NCBI GenBank assembly: GCA_951406725.2
Contig: OX597829.1
Coordinates: forward strand, 33,356,001 to 33,420,000
Reading direction: 5' to 3'
Length of the DNA: 64,000 nt
Origin: Octopus vulgaris
Taxonomy: Eukaryota
The position numbers and the translations under genes are program-made. Positions 1 to 13,059 of the stretch are shown in pieces (within the stretch, counting starts at the first letter, position 1; the number at the start of each line of letters is the position of its first letter). The notes below the pieces were generated by a model. It had not been told where the DNA came from and did no database searches. It saw nothing but the letters and a program-made list of their open reading frames with translations.

Positions 1-59
1 AAACATGTGCATACATACATATATGTACATACTTACATCTATATGTATATATACATGCA

Positions 60-900
60 TATATGGGTACAGGACACCACAAAAAAACGTAGAACACAAC
101 ACGAAACGAAAACATAAAAACAAAACAAGGAAACAGACTTTTTTTTAACAATGAAAAACAGAGTATAAGACATACAACACAAGGAACATTCCCCTTCTTC
201 AGCTGCCCCTGTTTCGACTCAATGCATGTTTTGCAGGTAAGGGCAGAACACGACTACATTGAAACAGTCCTTCCCACAAAGTGAATTAAATAAAAAATTT
301 TTTGTGGAGGGGTAAAAAAAGGTGACAAGAACAGGACAGTAAAAGCAATACAAATAAAGATAAATACAGTAAAAGATAGGACAAGGAAAAACCAACAATA
401 AGGCCTTTTTTAAGCCTAGACGGTGGAAAAATTCATTTGTACATAATATAATACAAAAATAATAATAACAACAATAATCTTTGGTTGGAGTCTCTTAAGA
501 TCACAATCCATATTTCTGGGATGATTACAGTGTAGTCTTTAGTATTCATGAGCATTGGGGAGATCATCTTCAAGGATTCATTTCTTCAGGTGATATAACA
601 TTAATGGATATTTAACTGAGGGATGTTTATCTGTTTTGATAAGTGAGAAGGTTGCCCATAGATACTATGGACTACACTGTAATCATTCTAGGAATACTGT
701 GATCTTAAGAGACATGTGGTTTGTGGAAATGCACGTAGTGATGCATTTAAATGTTTAGAAATTCCATCTAAGATTCCTATTATAACTGTATTTATCCTAC
801 AATATATTGGTACAGTTTGATGTAACCTCCAAAACCTGGTTCACCAGTCAGTGTTATTAGACTGTGGCTGGCATAATAGAATAGGAGCTTTATTTACATA
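60..900. repeat. Interspersed repeat, probably Penelope-derived; related copies at about 1015-1080, 1590-1670, 10865-11250 and 63870-63960
   Basis: Shared blocks such as GAAACAGTCCTTCCC and AAGCCTAGACGGTGGAAAAATT occur in both orientations. Confidence 0.55.
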
Positions 901-1704
901 TTCAAAACATTTCCCATAAACAAATTTAAAAGATATAATACAAATATATACGTGTGTGTATATATATATATATATATATAAAAACTTACTTGGAGAAAAG
1001 AAAGAAAAAAAATCCGTTTCCATGTTTGTTTTTATGTTTTCATTTCTCGTTGAGTTCTACGTCTATTTGTGGTATCCTGTACTCATATATATATATATAT
1101 ATATCATCATCATCATCATCATCATCGTCATTTAACATCCGCTTTCCATGCTAGCATGGGTTGGACGGTTCAACTGGGGTCTGGGGAGCCCGAAGGCTGC
1201 ACCAGTCCAGTCATATATATATATATATATATATGCATGTATATATACATGTAGATGTAGGTACGTACATATTTGTATGTATGTATGCATATATTTTATT
1301 AATTAAATTATTGTATGACTGAGTGCCCTCGCGTCGTTTCCTTTCCTTTCTTTTCTCCAAGTAAGTTTTTATATATAATTATGACGCGAAACTCTGTAAC
1401 CCTTTGCTTGACCTTTCCTTCCTTCCTGTCTGTCTTCCACTTTGCCTGTCTCTCTCCTTCTTATTTTTCACCCTTTCTGGTTTCCTTTCCTTTCCTCTCT
1501 CTCTCTCTCTCTCTCTCACTCCTCCTCATCTCTCTCACTGCAGAGTCGACCAACTTCCTTTCGCTGGCAGCCTCCTACAAGTCAACATGACTTTTTTTCT
1601 TGCGCTCTGAATTTTTCCATCGTCTAGGCTTAAAAAAGGCCCTCAATGTTGGTTTCTTTGTCCTGTTTTTATTCATACATATATATACATATATATATAT
1701 ATAT

Positions 1705-2100
1705 CATCATCATCATCATCATCATCGTTTAGCGTCCGTTTTCCATGCTAGCATAGGTTGGACGGTTCTACTGGGGTCTGTGAAGCCAGAAGGCTTCATC
1801 AGGCCCAGTCAAATCTGGCAGTGTTTCTACGGCTGGATGCCCTTCCTAACGCCAACCACTCCGTGAGTGTAGTGGGTGCTTTTTACATGCCACCCGCACT
1901 GGTGCCAGACAGAGCTGGCAAACGGCCACGAACGGATGGTGCTTTTTATGTGCCACCGGCACGAGGGCCAGGCGAGGCTGGCAACGGACACGAAACGGGG
2001 CGGTGCTGGCAACGGTCGCGAAAAGGAAAGTTCTCTTACATGCCACCGGCACTGGTAACACATCTGCAATTTCCATTGATTGATTTCCATTGATCGATTT
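1705..2100 (-). mobile_element. RTE-3'-end-related SINE-like repeat with (ATG)n tail; copies at about 1105, 10628, 17835, 27720-28120, 36505, 45560, 58960, 62895 and 63376
   Basis: Recurrent CATCATCGTTTAACGTCCGTTTTCCATGCTAGCATGGGTTGGAC...GGATGCCCTTCCTAACGCCAACCAC block. The same block forms the tail of the RTE fragment at 26260-28120. Confidence 0.75.
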
Positions 2101-2102
2101 CG

Positions 2103-2139
<37 letters not shown>

Positions 2140-2190
2140 TAATATATATACATATGTAATATATATACATATATGATATATATACATATA

Positions 2191-2240
<50 letters not shown>

Positions 2241-2255
2241 TATGTACACACACAC

Positions 2256-2306
<51 letters not shown>

Positions 2307-3339
2307 AAATATATAATATATATATACATTTATATGGGAAAAATTAAGTTCAAAAGAGAACAATTCTAACTTTTTGGGAGGTCCAAAAAAGAGAGAAAGA
2401 ATGATTTCTAATAAAGATTCATTATATTCATAAAAAAAACCAGCCAGAGCAAGTAATAAGAATATGAAAATAGTAGTTGAAAAATACTGTTATAGGTATA
2501 AAATATAAATAATTATAGAAAAATGGAGGAGAAAAAGATGTTGAATCAAAATTAGATTTAATACAAAATAAGATTCAGTATATATCTGTTTCAAAGAACA
2601 ATACAAATATGTAAGAAAAAAATAACTGTAGTAATTATAATTAAATTTATGCATTGTCATTTTCATCAGTGTAAGGAATTTTTGTAAGGACATCAAAAAA
2701 GGTTTAATAAAGTAAAGTAAATTAAAATAAGATACAATAAGGGAGAATACAAATGGGGTAATAAGGAAAAAAATCACATATTTGCAAGCAAGTTTTAAAA
2801 GGGGAAAAATAACAGTAATAATAATAGTAAGAGATGTGAAAGGGAAAAAAGACACATATCAATGTGTATGCATGTCTTTATGTGCAGTAAACTATAACAT
2901 AAAAATAAGAATGTAAAACTAATGGGTGTGTTTAAAAAAAATGGTAACAGGTCGAGACAAAGTATAATAAACAGGGCCATGTGTGTATAGTAGAATATAA
3001 CATAATATTAATATTATTGAAAAACGAAAAAAATATATATATTTTACATGAGGCTAAAAAGTGATAGGCAAGACTATGTTTGAAAAAAGTTATAATATTA
3101 AAGTAAAAATGTACATACATGCAGAGAAAAACCAAAAGAACTTAAGAAGGAAAAAACATCGATCAGACAATATATATATACAAAAAATATATACATATAT
3201 ATATATACACACACACATATACATAAAGTATATATATACATATATATATAAAATATATATACATAAATACACACACACATATACATAAAGTATATATATA
3301 TATAAAATATATATACATACATAATGATATACATTTCAA

Positions 3340-3520
3340 CTACTAATAACGTTGGTAATAGGGCTAAATCATATCGGATAGGGAGTAATTATTGTTCACT
3401 GTGTAATAACGAATTCAAAGAAATATTATTTAATAACAATTATGTGTTGGTAAACTCATTGGAGGAACGTAAAATTAAATGTAAACATAAATTAAATTAC
3501 CTATATAATAGGTTTAGCTA
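3340..3520 (+). mobile_element. Penelope-like GIY-YIG C-terminal remnant
   Basis: RAKSYRIGSNYCSLCNNE...IL...VNSLEE...CKH resembles the Penelope C-terminal C..C..E...N...E...CRH motif. Confidence 0.55.
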
Positions 3521-4099
3521 ATAAATAAATGATTATATAAATTTATTAAGATATATTAATCATAGTAATATAAATTAATTTAAATATAATATATTTATTT
3601 TACTTACTTATTATTTAGACTTTAAATTTATAGTAAATAGTCATTTAAAATTAAATGCTAACATAAATTTATTTAACCTATATAATATGTTTAACTTATT
3701 TTTCCGTATGTATAAAACCTATTTCTTTTTATATTATTTATTTCTTGTAGATATAATTTAATAGTATTAGAGTATAATTTACTATATTATTAAATGTGAT
3801 ATTAACATATTTAGACAATTTTAAATTTAGATATTTCTTAATACATAAATTATTATATATAATTTTATTAAGACCTATCAGTTATAGTAATATAAATTAA
3901 TTTAATATTATATGTATTTTTACGTAATAATTATTTGGAACTTAATTTATAGTAAGCTATCATTTATAGTAAAATGTCTTTTGTTATTCTATTTTCTTAG
4001 TTTTCTTTAATTCATGAAGCTTAAATATTTTTCGTCTTTTTCATTAATAAATAGGAAAGGAGGAAGAGTGAGGGAGAGAGAGTGACAGGGAACTGTGCT

Positions 4100-4443
4100 G
4101 AGGTGCAATGGCCCAGTGGTTAGGGCAGTGGACTGGGCATTGTGAGTGTTTATTGAGCAAAAACACATAAAGCTCCCTGTGGCTCAGGCAGGGGGTGGTA
4201 GCAAACCCTGCTGTACTCTTTTGACCACAATTTTCTCTCACTCTTTCTTCCTGTTCCTACTGTACCTGTATTTCAAAGGGCTAGCCTTATCACACACTGT
4301 GTCATGCTGAATCTCCCTGAGAACTATGTTAAGGGTACATATGTCTGTGGAGTGCTCAGCCACTTGCACATTAATTTCACATGCAGGCTGTTCTATGGAC
4401 CGGATCAACTGGAACCCTCATTGCCATAACTGACGGAGTGCCA
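4100..4443 (+). mobile_element. tRNA-derived SINE
   Basis: Head GGTGCAATGGCCCAGTGGTTAGGGCAG (A-box-like), related to the SINE at 44875-45178. Confidence 0.7.
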
Positions 4444-5615
4444 TGAGATATATATATATATGTGTGTGTGTGTGCATGTGCGTACATTTTATATATATAA
4501 AATATTTATAAAAGTTTACCTACAAGGTTTTATTTCCGTGCTGACCACTAAGTAAAAATCATTTATGATTTTACCCTTGACCCATCTTTGTTTTCTTTGC
4601 ATTGTCTATCTGGATGTTTTGCATTCTTGTCCTGTTTTGTATTTTTTATATTTATACATATATAGTGGCGTTTGGCCAAGCCTCTTCTGTCTTTCTTGGT
4701 CTGGCCATTGTCCGCGCAACATCAATATTCCTCCCTGTCTTTGTAAAATCTTGTATTCCTGCCGTAAGGCTTCATTTCCACACATGGCAACTTAGTTTAA
4801 TTCGTCTTTAGTCGAATGACACCTGTTGTTATGTCCTGTTATTATTGTTATTGCATTTGTGTACCATCGTCAGTTTTTTTTGTCCTTGTTTTTCTATACA
4901 TTCGCTGCTTTCTTGCAAGGAATGTAATCCTCTTAGCTTAGATTTTCCTTGGGGCTGGCCAGATTGGAGCAATCTCAAGTATAATCAGCCAAAATAATCT
5001 GGTACTTAGTTGAGGAAAGAAAACTTCGAATGACCCGTCCTTGTTTTCTTTGTATCATCTATCTGAATGTTTTGCGTTCTTGTCCCATTTTGTATTTTAT
5101 ATATATATATTTGTTGTGCAAGATTTATTGGCTAAACTGGCAAAATGACCATTCCGAAATATAACAATATATATACATATATATATATCATATACATATA
5201 TATATATTATATACATATATTATTTCTAATCATTGTCCCCATCTCTAGCCTGACGCCCAGGTTTCTGGGTAGTAACCCATCATTAGCATGTGACAATCAT
5301 CGGCTAGGGATGAGAAGTGATTTTGAACACAAAATAATGTATGCTTATTCCAGTGACAAAAACCCAGGTCCATGAGTATCATGTGAAGCTGGAGATGGGA
5401 ATGAATGATTTCCCATCACAAATACTGATCAGTTACAGTGTGTCGTTAGCCAGCTGAAGGGGATGTCTTCCTGGGGCTATAAACTACAGTAGCATTGTCC
5501 CATATAGGTCAGCCACATTTAGGTGGCAAATATACTTCCCAATATATATATATATATACACACACGCACACATATACACACACACACATATATATATACA
5601 TACATATATCTGTAA

Positions 5616-5750
5616 GTGACAATTATTCGGTAGCCAAGATAAAACTCTGAGTTTCGGATGCCGAGGTGGAAATCCACACTGCCATTTCTTCAGTTTCCAC
5701 CTCGGCATCTGAAACTCAGAGTCTTATCTTGGCTACTGAATAATTGTCAC
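5616..5750. repeat. Foldback hairpin, about 60-bp arms
   Basis: GTGACAATTATTCGGTAGCCAAGAT...GGTGGAAA versus TTTCCACC...ATCTTGGCTACTGAATAATTGTCAC. Confidence 0.9.
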
Positions 5751-6179
5751 ATATTACATTTACAGATAAATTCCTCTATTTACATAATATTGAGATCTCT
5801 TTCTTTCTTTTGTTATCTTACTGTTTTTACCAATATACATACATACATATACATACATACATACATACATATATATACACACGCATACATATACATATAA
5901 GAGGGATGGCCACTTACTGGTCATCCCTCATATATGTATGTAATATAATTTTTTCTGAAAATTCAGATTTTTCAATATGCTAGACCACTGGTTCTAAATT
6001 GATATTAATCAAATTAATATTCGATTTCTCACCCTTATCATCTGGAAACAGATGATGTGTTGGAAGATGTTAAGAGGAAGTTTGCAAAGGTATCCATTTG
6101 TGCATATGTGTGCGCGTGTGCACACACACACAGTATTTCCAGAAGTTTTGCAGAAGTGGGCAAGCTTTCTTGAGAATCA

Positions 6180-6440
6180 CATATTACCAGATATCCTAAT
6201 CCTTTGTCATCTCCTTGAATCTCAAAGTCCTAACATAAGCTGTCATCATTTTATCGCATGTCTTCCTCATCTCCTTCTTCCACATGTTCCAACTAGATTT
6301 GCTGATTAGCACTTTTTTTATACAGTTGTCCTCATCCATATGCATAACATGACCATATAAGCAGAGTCTTCTTTCTTGAATATAACATCCAATTCCTCTT
6401 TTACCCAGTTGTTCTCTCAGCATGTGTACACACACATACA
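6180..6440 (-). mobile_element. RTE-type LINE 3' fragment (another at about 18300-18620)
   Basis: IQERRLCLYGHVMHMDED..CIKK here; RRGRPRKTW in the second copy. Confidence 0.7.
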
Positions 6441-7199
6441 CCATTTTTAATTGGCCGGAAGTCATAAGAGTGATTCAAGGGTCAAGTGTTTCATGCATAG
6501 CACTGATCAAACTGACAATCTGGGATCTTGTTCCTTTAAAAAGTATGAATGACAATTACTTCTGGACTCTTTGATTAAAAATTAGTGAGCAGGTCACACC
6601 AAAAATGTGTGCTGTTTAAGCACACACACAAAAAAGGCATGCAAACCTATGTGTGTATAAGTGTGCATGCGAGTATATAAACACACACACACACATACAC
6701 ATATTATACAGTGTTAAAAATGTTGAAATGTTCCATGCAATAAACATTATATAAAGAAAATAAAGATGAAAAGTATATATAGTTCAGTTAAAATAATTGC
6801 TATATCCTTTAGGATATATTAAATAACAAAACACAAATATTTCCATATTTAATGCATCATATAACATGCCTATCAACCAATTTTCACTCATAGTGCTATA
6901 CAAATAGATATCACAATCATGTTTTCTTTTATAATAAGATGTTATTCACAGTAATTAATAATCAAATATTTCAGCAAAGCTTATATTTCTTAAATTACTC
7001 TTATTTGGTGTGACCTGGGTGGCGGGCAGCATGACTAACAGAGCAGATGATGAGCTGTAGCCGACAATGGGTTCTAGATTTAGTAGGTTCACTGAATACT
7101 GTGAAATGGGGGTGGGGACAAGTGACTTCATTTGACCTCTGTTGTCAGCAGGTTTTTATTAATGCAAAGGGAATGTTGAATTACCTTGTATAATATATG

Positions 7200-10100
7200 T
7201 ACATGGTCTGATGAACAAGTATCTGGACAGTTGCCATAGTAACAAAGCTAAAGCATGCAGGGTGAAGCTGCTTGGCAGATTTACTTTGAACTCTGCCATG
7301 CATGCACACTAAATTTTAACATTCTAGCTCCCTTCTGCTGTTTACAGCAGTGCTTGGAATGAGGGTGTGTACTGTGTGATCATTGCATTGAACTCGACAG
7401 AGAAAGTTGAGCAGAGAATCTGCATCAAATTTTGTCAAAAGCTTGGCAATACCTGCACAGAGGCCTATGCAAAGTTTTCAAAAAGTTTTCATCATTCTTG
7501 ACACAATCAAGGAGATCTTGTGCAACTGAAACCTGAGTGTCTTTTTGGTTAACTGAAAGCAGTTTTGGCAAACATACATCTCAAACCCAAATCTTCAGTG
7601 ATAATAGACTGAACCATAACTAATCTGCACATCCTTTGTTAACTCACGGATGGTGAGTCAATGATTTCTCTTCATAGCTGTGCACACATCTGTGACGTTT
7701 TTCTCAGATTTGCTGGTTGCAGATCTCCAAGAACATTCGTCAATATTGACATTTTTTTGGCCATTGTGAAACATCTGAACCACTCATACACTTGTGTGCG
7801 GCTCATACACACCTCTCCATACACTTTCTGCAACTTTGCATAGACTTCTGAGCAGGTATCGCTATGACAACCTTCTGTGTCATGGTTAATGCAACGATAA
7901 CATGCTACACACGTTCCTTCCAAGCACTGCTGTAAACAACGGAATTGAGCTAGAATGTTAAAACTTAGTGCACAAACTTAGTCACATTAGAACAACACAT
8001 AAGTGTACTTCTTATGGGAGACTTCAATCTGCCCAATGTCAGATGGCCCAAGGGCCTTTCTCTCCCAGGAATGAGACGATGCGAGTGAGGACAGGCGAGG
8101 TCCCTCCTGAACCTCATCAACACTCTGTACATGGAGCAAATAATACTCCAACCAACCAGGGCAGGTAACATACTGGATCTCTGCTTCACAAATAATATGG
8201 ATCTCATCCATAATGTGAAAGTGACACCGACACTACTCTCGGATCACAACATGGTAGAGCTGACCATGTATGGGCCAAAGGAAAGCATGGACATGCAGCC
8301 TGCAAGAAACTCTCAGAATCCTTCCAGCTTGAACTTCCATAAGGCAAACTGGAAACAAATTGAGAAAGAGATCCTCAAACAAAACTGGCCTAAATGTCTC
8401 TCCTCGCCAGACATCGACATGAAACTTCAACAATTCATGTCTGTAATGCAAGCCATATGCTACAAATGTGTCCCAGAGAGAGGAAAATTCTAATGAGACA
8501 GCGTACAAAAGTTTCAAATCGCCTAAACAAACAAATTGAAAGCAGTGAAAAGACCCACCTGAAAATAAAACTGTTGGATTTTGAAAAATGTCTGCAACTC
8601 TCCCATGAAAAAGAAAGAGCAGACAAAGAAGCCTGGGCTATAGACAACATAAAATCTAATCCCAGAGCTTTCTACAGGTATGCCAAAGAAACAGCTATGG
8701 TGCACTGTAGGATAAGGCCACTCCTTGAAAAGGATGGCACACTCACAGGAAATCCTATGAGGATAAGTGAAATACTAAATGAGCAATTCAAGAATATTTT
8801 CACTCCACCCCTAGGGCATTTTCAAGTCAGCAATCCAACTGACTTCTTTACCACTGCAGATATAAAATCAGAGGCAGCGATGATTGAAGACGATGTAATA
8901 AAGGCTATAGATGAAATGAAAACAAACTCAGCTACTGGCCCTGATGGATCCCCAGCAATCCTTCTAAAAGTATGTAAGAGAGTCCTAGCAAGACCACTGC
9001 AGTTCCTCTTTCAGAGCTTCCTTGCAACTGGCAAACTTCCAAGAAAACTGAAGGAAGGTAAAATATGCCCTATTTATAAAGGAGGTAGCAGAGCAGAGGC
9101 CAAGAACTACAGACCTATCTCTCTGACCTCACACATCAGCAAGGTCATGGAATGAATAGTCAGAAGGAAACTAATCACCTTCCTTGAAGAAAATGACTTG
9201 CTGCCAGACACCCAACATGGTTTCCGACCAGGAAGAAGCTGCTTAACTCAGCTCCTCACAACACTATGACTGGGTGCTGAAACGACTGCTCAACCACTCA
9301 AATGTGGAAGTGATATATCTCATCTTTGCAAAGGCCTTTGATAAAGTCGATCATGGAATGATATGTCACAAACTGCGTGATATTGGCATAGTTGGAAAAT
9401 TGGGAGAATGGCTTCATGACTTTCTGAAGGATAGTGAGCGGTGTTCCGCAAGGCACTGTTTTGGGACTACTACTGTTCATAATGGCCCTCTCAGACATGC
9501 CCTCAGCCACATAGAGAGCCATGATCACAAGTTATGCAGATGATACAAAAGTTTCACAGGCAATACAGAACCCTGAAGCACCTGCAATGTGAGCTGGATA
9601 AACTATACAAGTGGGCTGAAAAGAATAGTATGCAGTTCAATGCTGAAAAGTTTCAAGCTTTATGCTATCAGCATGCAAAACTAAATGCAATACCCAATAA
9701 ATACACTGGACCTGGAGGGATTGAAATCCCAGAGGCACAATCTGTGCGAGACCTGGGTATTTACATGAGTGATGATGCAACCTTTCATGTGCATGTTGCT
9801 AAATTGGCAATGGAATGTAGGCGGCTGAACGGATGGATTCTTAGAACCTTTAGACCAAGAGACCAGGAAACCATGATGGTCCTCTGGAGGACACTTGTCC
9901 TAAGCCACTTTGACTACTGCTCTCAGTTATGGTCACCATCCAGTGTCAAGTTAATCACAGAACTTGAGGCGATCCAATGAAGCTACGCGAAGAAGATAGC
10001 CTCTGTGCAGCATATAAGCTACTGGGAAAGACTCAAGAGATTAAGACTCTATTCCTTAGAGCGTAGGTGAGAAAGATATGCCATAATATACATCTGGAAG

Positions 10101-10628
10101 ATCCTAGAAGGACTTGTCCCAAACTTTGGCATCGAGAGTTACACAAATGCCAGAACTGGGTGCCACTGCATAGTGCCAAGGACTCCAAATTTGCCATCAA
10201 GATGTAGGACAATATACTGTGATAGTCTGGGCTTCAGAGGCCCACAGCTCTTCAATATCCTCCCGAAGAACCTGAGAGACCTGCATGGGGTGGATGCAGA
10301 TGTCTTTAAAATAAAACTGGACCTCTTCTTGTAAGGTGCCCCATATGAACCAACTTCACGACAGGAGGTGCAGATGAGGGCAGCTGCATCGAACTCTCTC
10401 ATGCACCAAATGGCAATTGCTAAAAAGCATTCGTGAAGTAAAATCATGTAGCAACACCAAATGGCGGTGCCCCAGCATGGCCACAGCTCGTGAACTGAAA
10501 CTAGATAAAGAAAGAAGAAGAAGATTCACAGCAGAGTTTAAGGTCAATCCTTGGCAAGTGACTTTACTTTGCATGTTTTAGTTTCATTATATGGCAGCAG
10601 TCCGGATACTTATTGATCAGACCGCATA
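7200..10628. mobile_element. Foldback mariner derivative (two inverted transposase 5' ends) interrupted by a LINE
   Basis: TIRs TACATGGTCTGATGAACAAGTATCTGGAC (7200) and GTCCGGATACTTATTGATCAGACCGCATA (ends 10628). Mariner HTH text EQRICIKFCQKLG on + and LQKVYGEVCMSRTQVYEWF on -. Confidence 0.75.
7980..10525 (+). mobile_element. CR1/L2-group LINE, 5'-truncated, degenerate ORF2
   Basis: APE end (PTRAGNILDL, SDHNMV) and RT motifs NYRPISLTS, QHGFRPGRSC, AKAFDKVDH, GVPQGTVLGP, YADDTK, with stops and frameshifts. Confidence 0.9.
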
Positions 10629-11387
10629 TCATCATCATCGTTTAACGTCCGTTCTCCATTCTAGCATGGGTTGGACGGTTCAACCAGGGATCTGGGAAGC
10701 CAGAAGGCTGCACCAGGCTCCAGTCTGATCTGGCAGTGTTTCTACAGCTTGATGCCCTTCCTAATGCCAAATATATTTATATATAATATAAATAACATAT
10801 AAATTTATGCATATATACATACATATATGTACATACCTACATATATATGTATATACACATGCACATATGTGTACAGGACTTCAAAAAAACGTGGAACACA
10901 ATGAGAAACGAAAACATAAAAACAAAAACATAGAAACAAACTTTTTTCAAACAACGAAAAAAAACAGAGTACAAGACATACAACACAAGGAATATTCCCC
11001 TTCCTCAGTTGTCCCTGTTTCATCTTCTCTGCATTTCAAAGGTAAGAACAAGACGTGACTTCATTGAAACAGTCCTTCCCGCAAAGCAAATTACATAAAA
11101 TTTGGGATTTTTTGCGGAGGGTGAAAGTGGTAACAAGAACAGGACAGTGAGAACAAAACAGTAAAAACAGTAAAAGACAGAACAATGAGAACAAAGCAGT
11201 AAAAACAAACGATGAGGTTTGTTAAGCCAAGACGATGGAAAAATTATTGTAAACGCTTAAGGAGACAGCTTATGAAAGAGACAGGATAAGCTTGTCTGGC
11301 CTTGGTGAAGATAGCAGTTGGACACACATGTAATTTGTGGGTGTATATGTATACATGTCATGTATACATATATTTATTTGCATGTGC

Positions 11388-11420
<33 letters not shown>

Positions 11421-11639
11421 CATACACACACACATATGACTAGCAAAAAACATTGTAGCTCACTATATGCTTCTTTTAAAAAAATATGTTGTGAACATTG
11501 TCCATGATGAAAACTTTCAAATTGCTTTTATGTACCTATTCAAATGATAAGAAATTTTAAAAATCAAAATATCATGTTATGTAAAGTGATTCTTTGTTAG
11601 TCTATATATATATATATAGCTTTTTTTAAAAAAATCTTT

Positions 11640-11876
11640 CATCTTTTACTTGTTTCAGTCACTGGACTGCAGCCATGTTGGGGCACTCTCTAGAAGAATT
11701 TTTGTCAAATGAATCAACCACAGTACTTATTATTTTCTAAGCCTGATACTTATTCTATTGGTCTCTTTTACCAAACAGCTAAGTTACAGGGATGTAAACA
11801 TGCCAGCACTGGTTGTCAAACAATGGTGGGGACAAACAGACACAAAGGCACACACAGACACACACGCACACACAGA

Positions 11877-11921
<45 letters not shown>

Positions 11922-12075
11922 GCTTCTTTCAGTTTCTGCCTATCAAATCCACTCACAAGACTTTGATTGACCTGAGGCTATAGTAAAAGACATTTGCTCA
12001 AGGTGCCATGAAGTGGGACTGAACCTGAAACCATGTGGTTGGAAGCAAACTTCTTACCACACAGCTACACCTGCA
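11640..12075 (-). mobile_element. tRNA-derived SINE with internal (CA)n
   Basis: Reverse copy of the family at 24479-24878. Confidence 0.85.
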
Positions 12076-12172
12076 ACTGTATGTATGCATAAAAAAAAAT
12101 CAATATTCATACTGTATAGCTTCTTTGCTTTCTATTAATGGTCCATATAAATTTTATGTATGTGCTTGTGCA

Positions 12173-12219
<47 letters not shown>

Positions 12220-12290
12220 ACGCATGTGTATGTGCATGTGTTTATCTATGAAATGGTGAGAGGAGTATAACAAAGTAATAAATGACTCAC

Positions 12291-12329
12291 CAGATGCTGG
12301 TAAAAAGAATGAATGCTTTCTGCCAACAC
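12291..12329 (-). CDS. FHIP1: Probable 39-nt FHIP1-like exon 10
   Basis: Pyrimidine tract TTTCTTTATTGTAG| and donor G|GTGAGT. Phase 1-1 and open: (S)VGRKHSFFLPAS. No homology support. Confidence 0.6.
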
Positions 12330-13006
12330 CTACAATAAAGAAATAAAAGAAAATAGATGGAATTGGTCCTGAGCAAGGCATTAAACTGCATCTGGTTGTG
12401 AGGCTCCAGCTCAGGATTCAGAAGTTTTGGGAAATACGGAATTATCCTTTAGCCACCCCTACTCCCAAGTCTTCTCTGACCTAGGGTGGTAATATCTGTA
12501 AAAGCTTCTAGTTATGTGTCAAACAACAGATGTTGGTGCTATGGTTAAGGCATATAGGACTCAGAGAAGGGTTGGCTCTTTATATGTGTTATATAGGCCC
12601 ATTGACGTATGGGCATGCACTGATGTCATGTGAATTAATCTCCCTCCCTGGGCATTAAATAGATCCAGCTCTACAAGAGTAAGCTTGGTGGGGCAGGAGA
12701 CTAGCAGAGTAAACTGTAAATAAACTGACAGAAGGTGATGGGGGACCACTGTATATCTTTCCCAAGAAAAATTATTCAGGTCCAGAATTTGTCATGGAGA
12801 TCCATGAGTACTGACACCTGTGGACATGGCATTTGAAAAGAGGAAAAGATGCAATTGATATTGTCAGTTTTGATGAACATATTTTGTAATATTTTGATCA
12901 ACTGAACTATCGATTAATTGTATAATATTGTTAAGAGGCTGAGTATCCTTTAAACGTTTGTTCATGTAACATAACACTGAAGTAGATACACTATATAAAT
13001 GATAGA

Positions 13007-13059
<53 letters not shown>

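Noticed and set aside
185-280. Hammerhead in the repeat containing CTGAAGA (minus strand) and GAAACAGTC
   Set aside because: The core halves are in the wrong order or on opposite strands, and no consistent three-stem fold can be drawn.
8131-9980. Functional reverse transcriptase gene
   Set aside because: Multiple stops, frameshifts and deletions, and 5'-truncated.
12561-12749. Additional FHIP1 exon (TTTACAG acceptor near 12712)
   Set aside because: No family similarity and no convincing phase-compatible donor.
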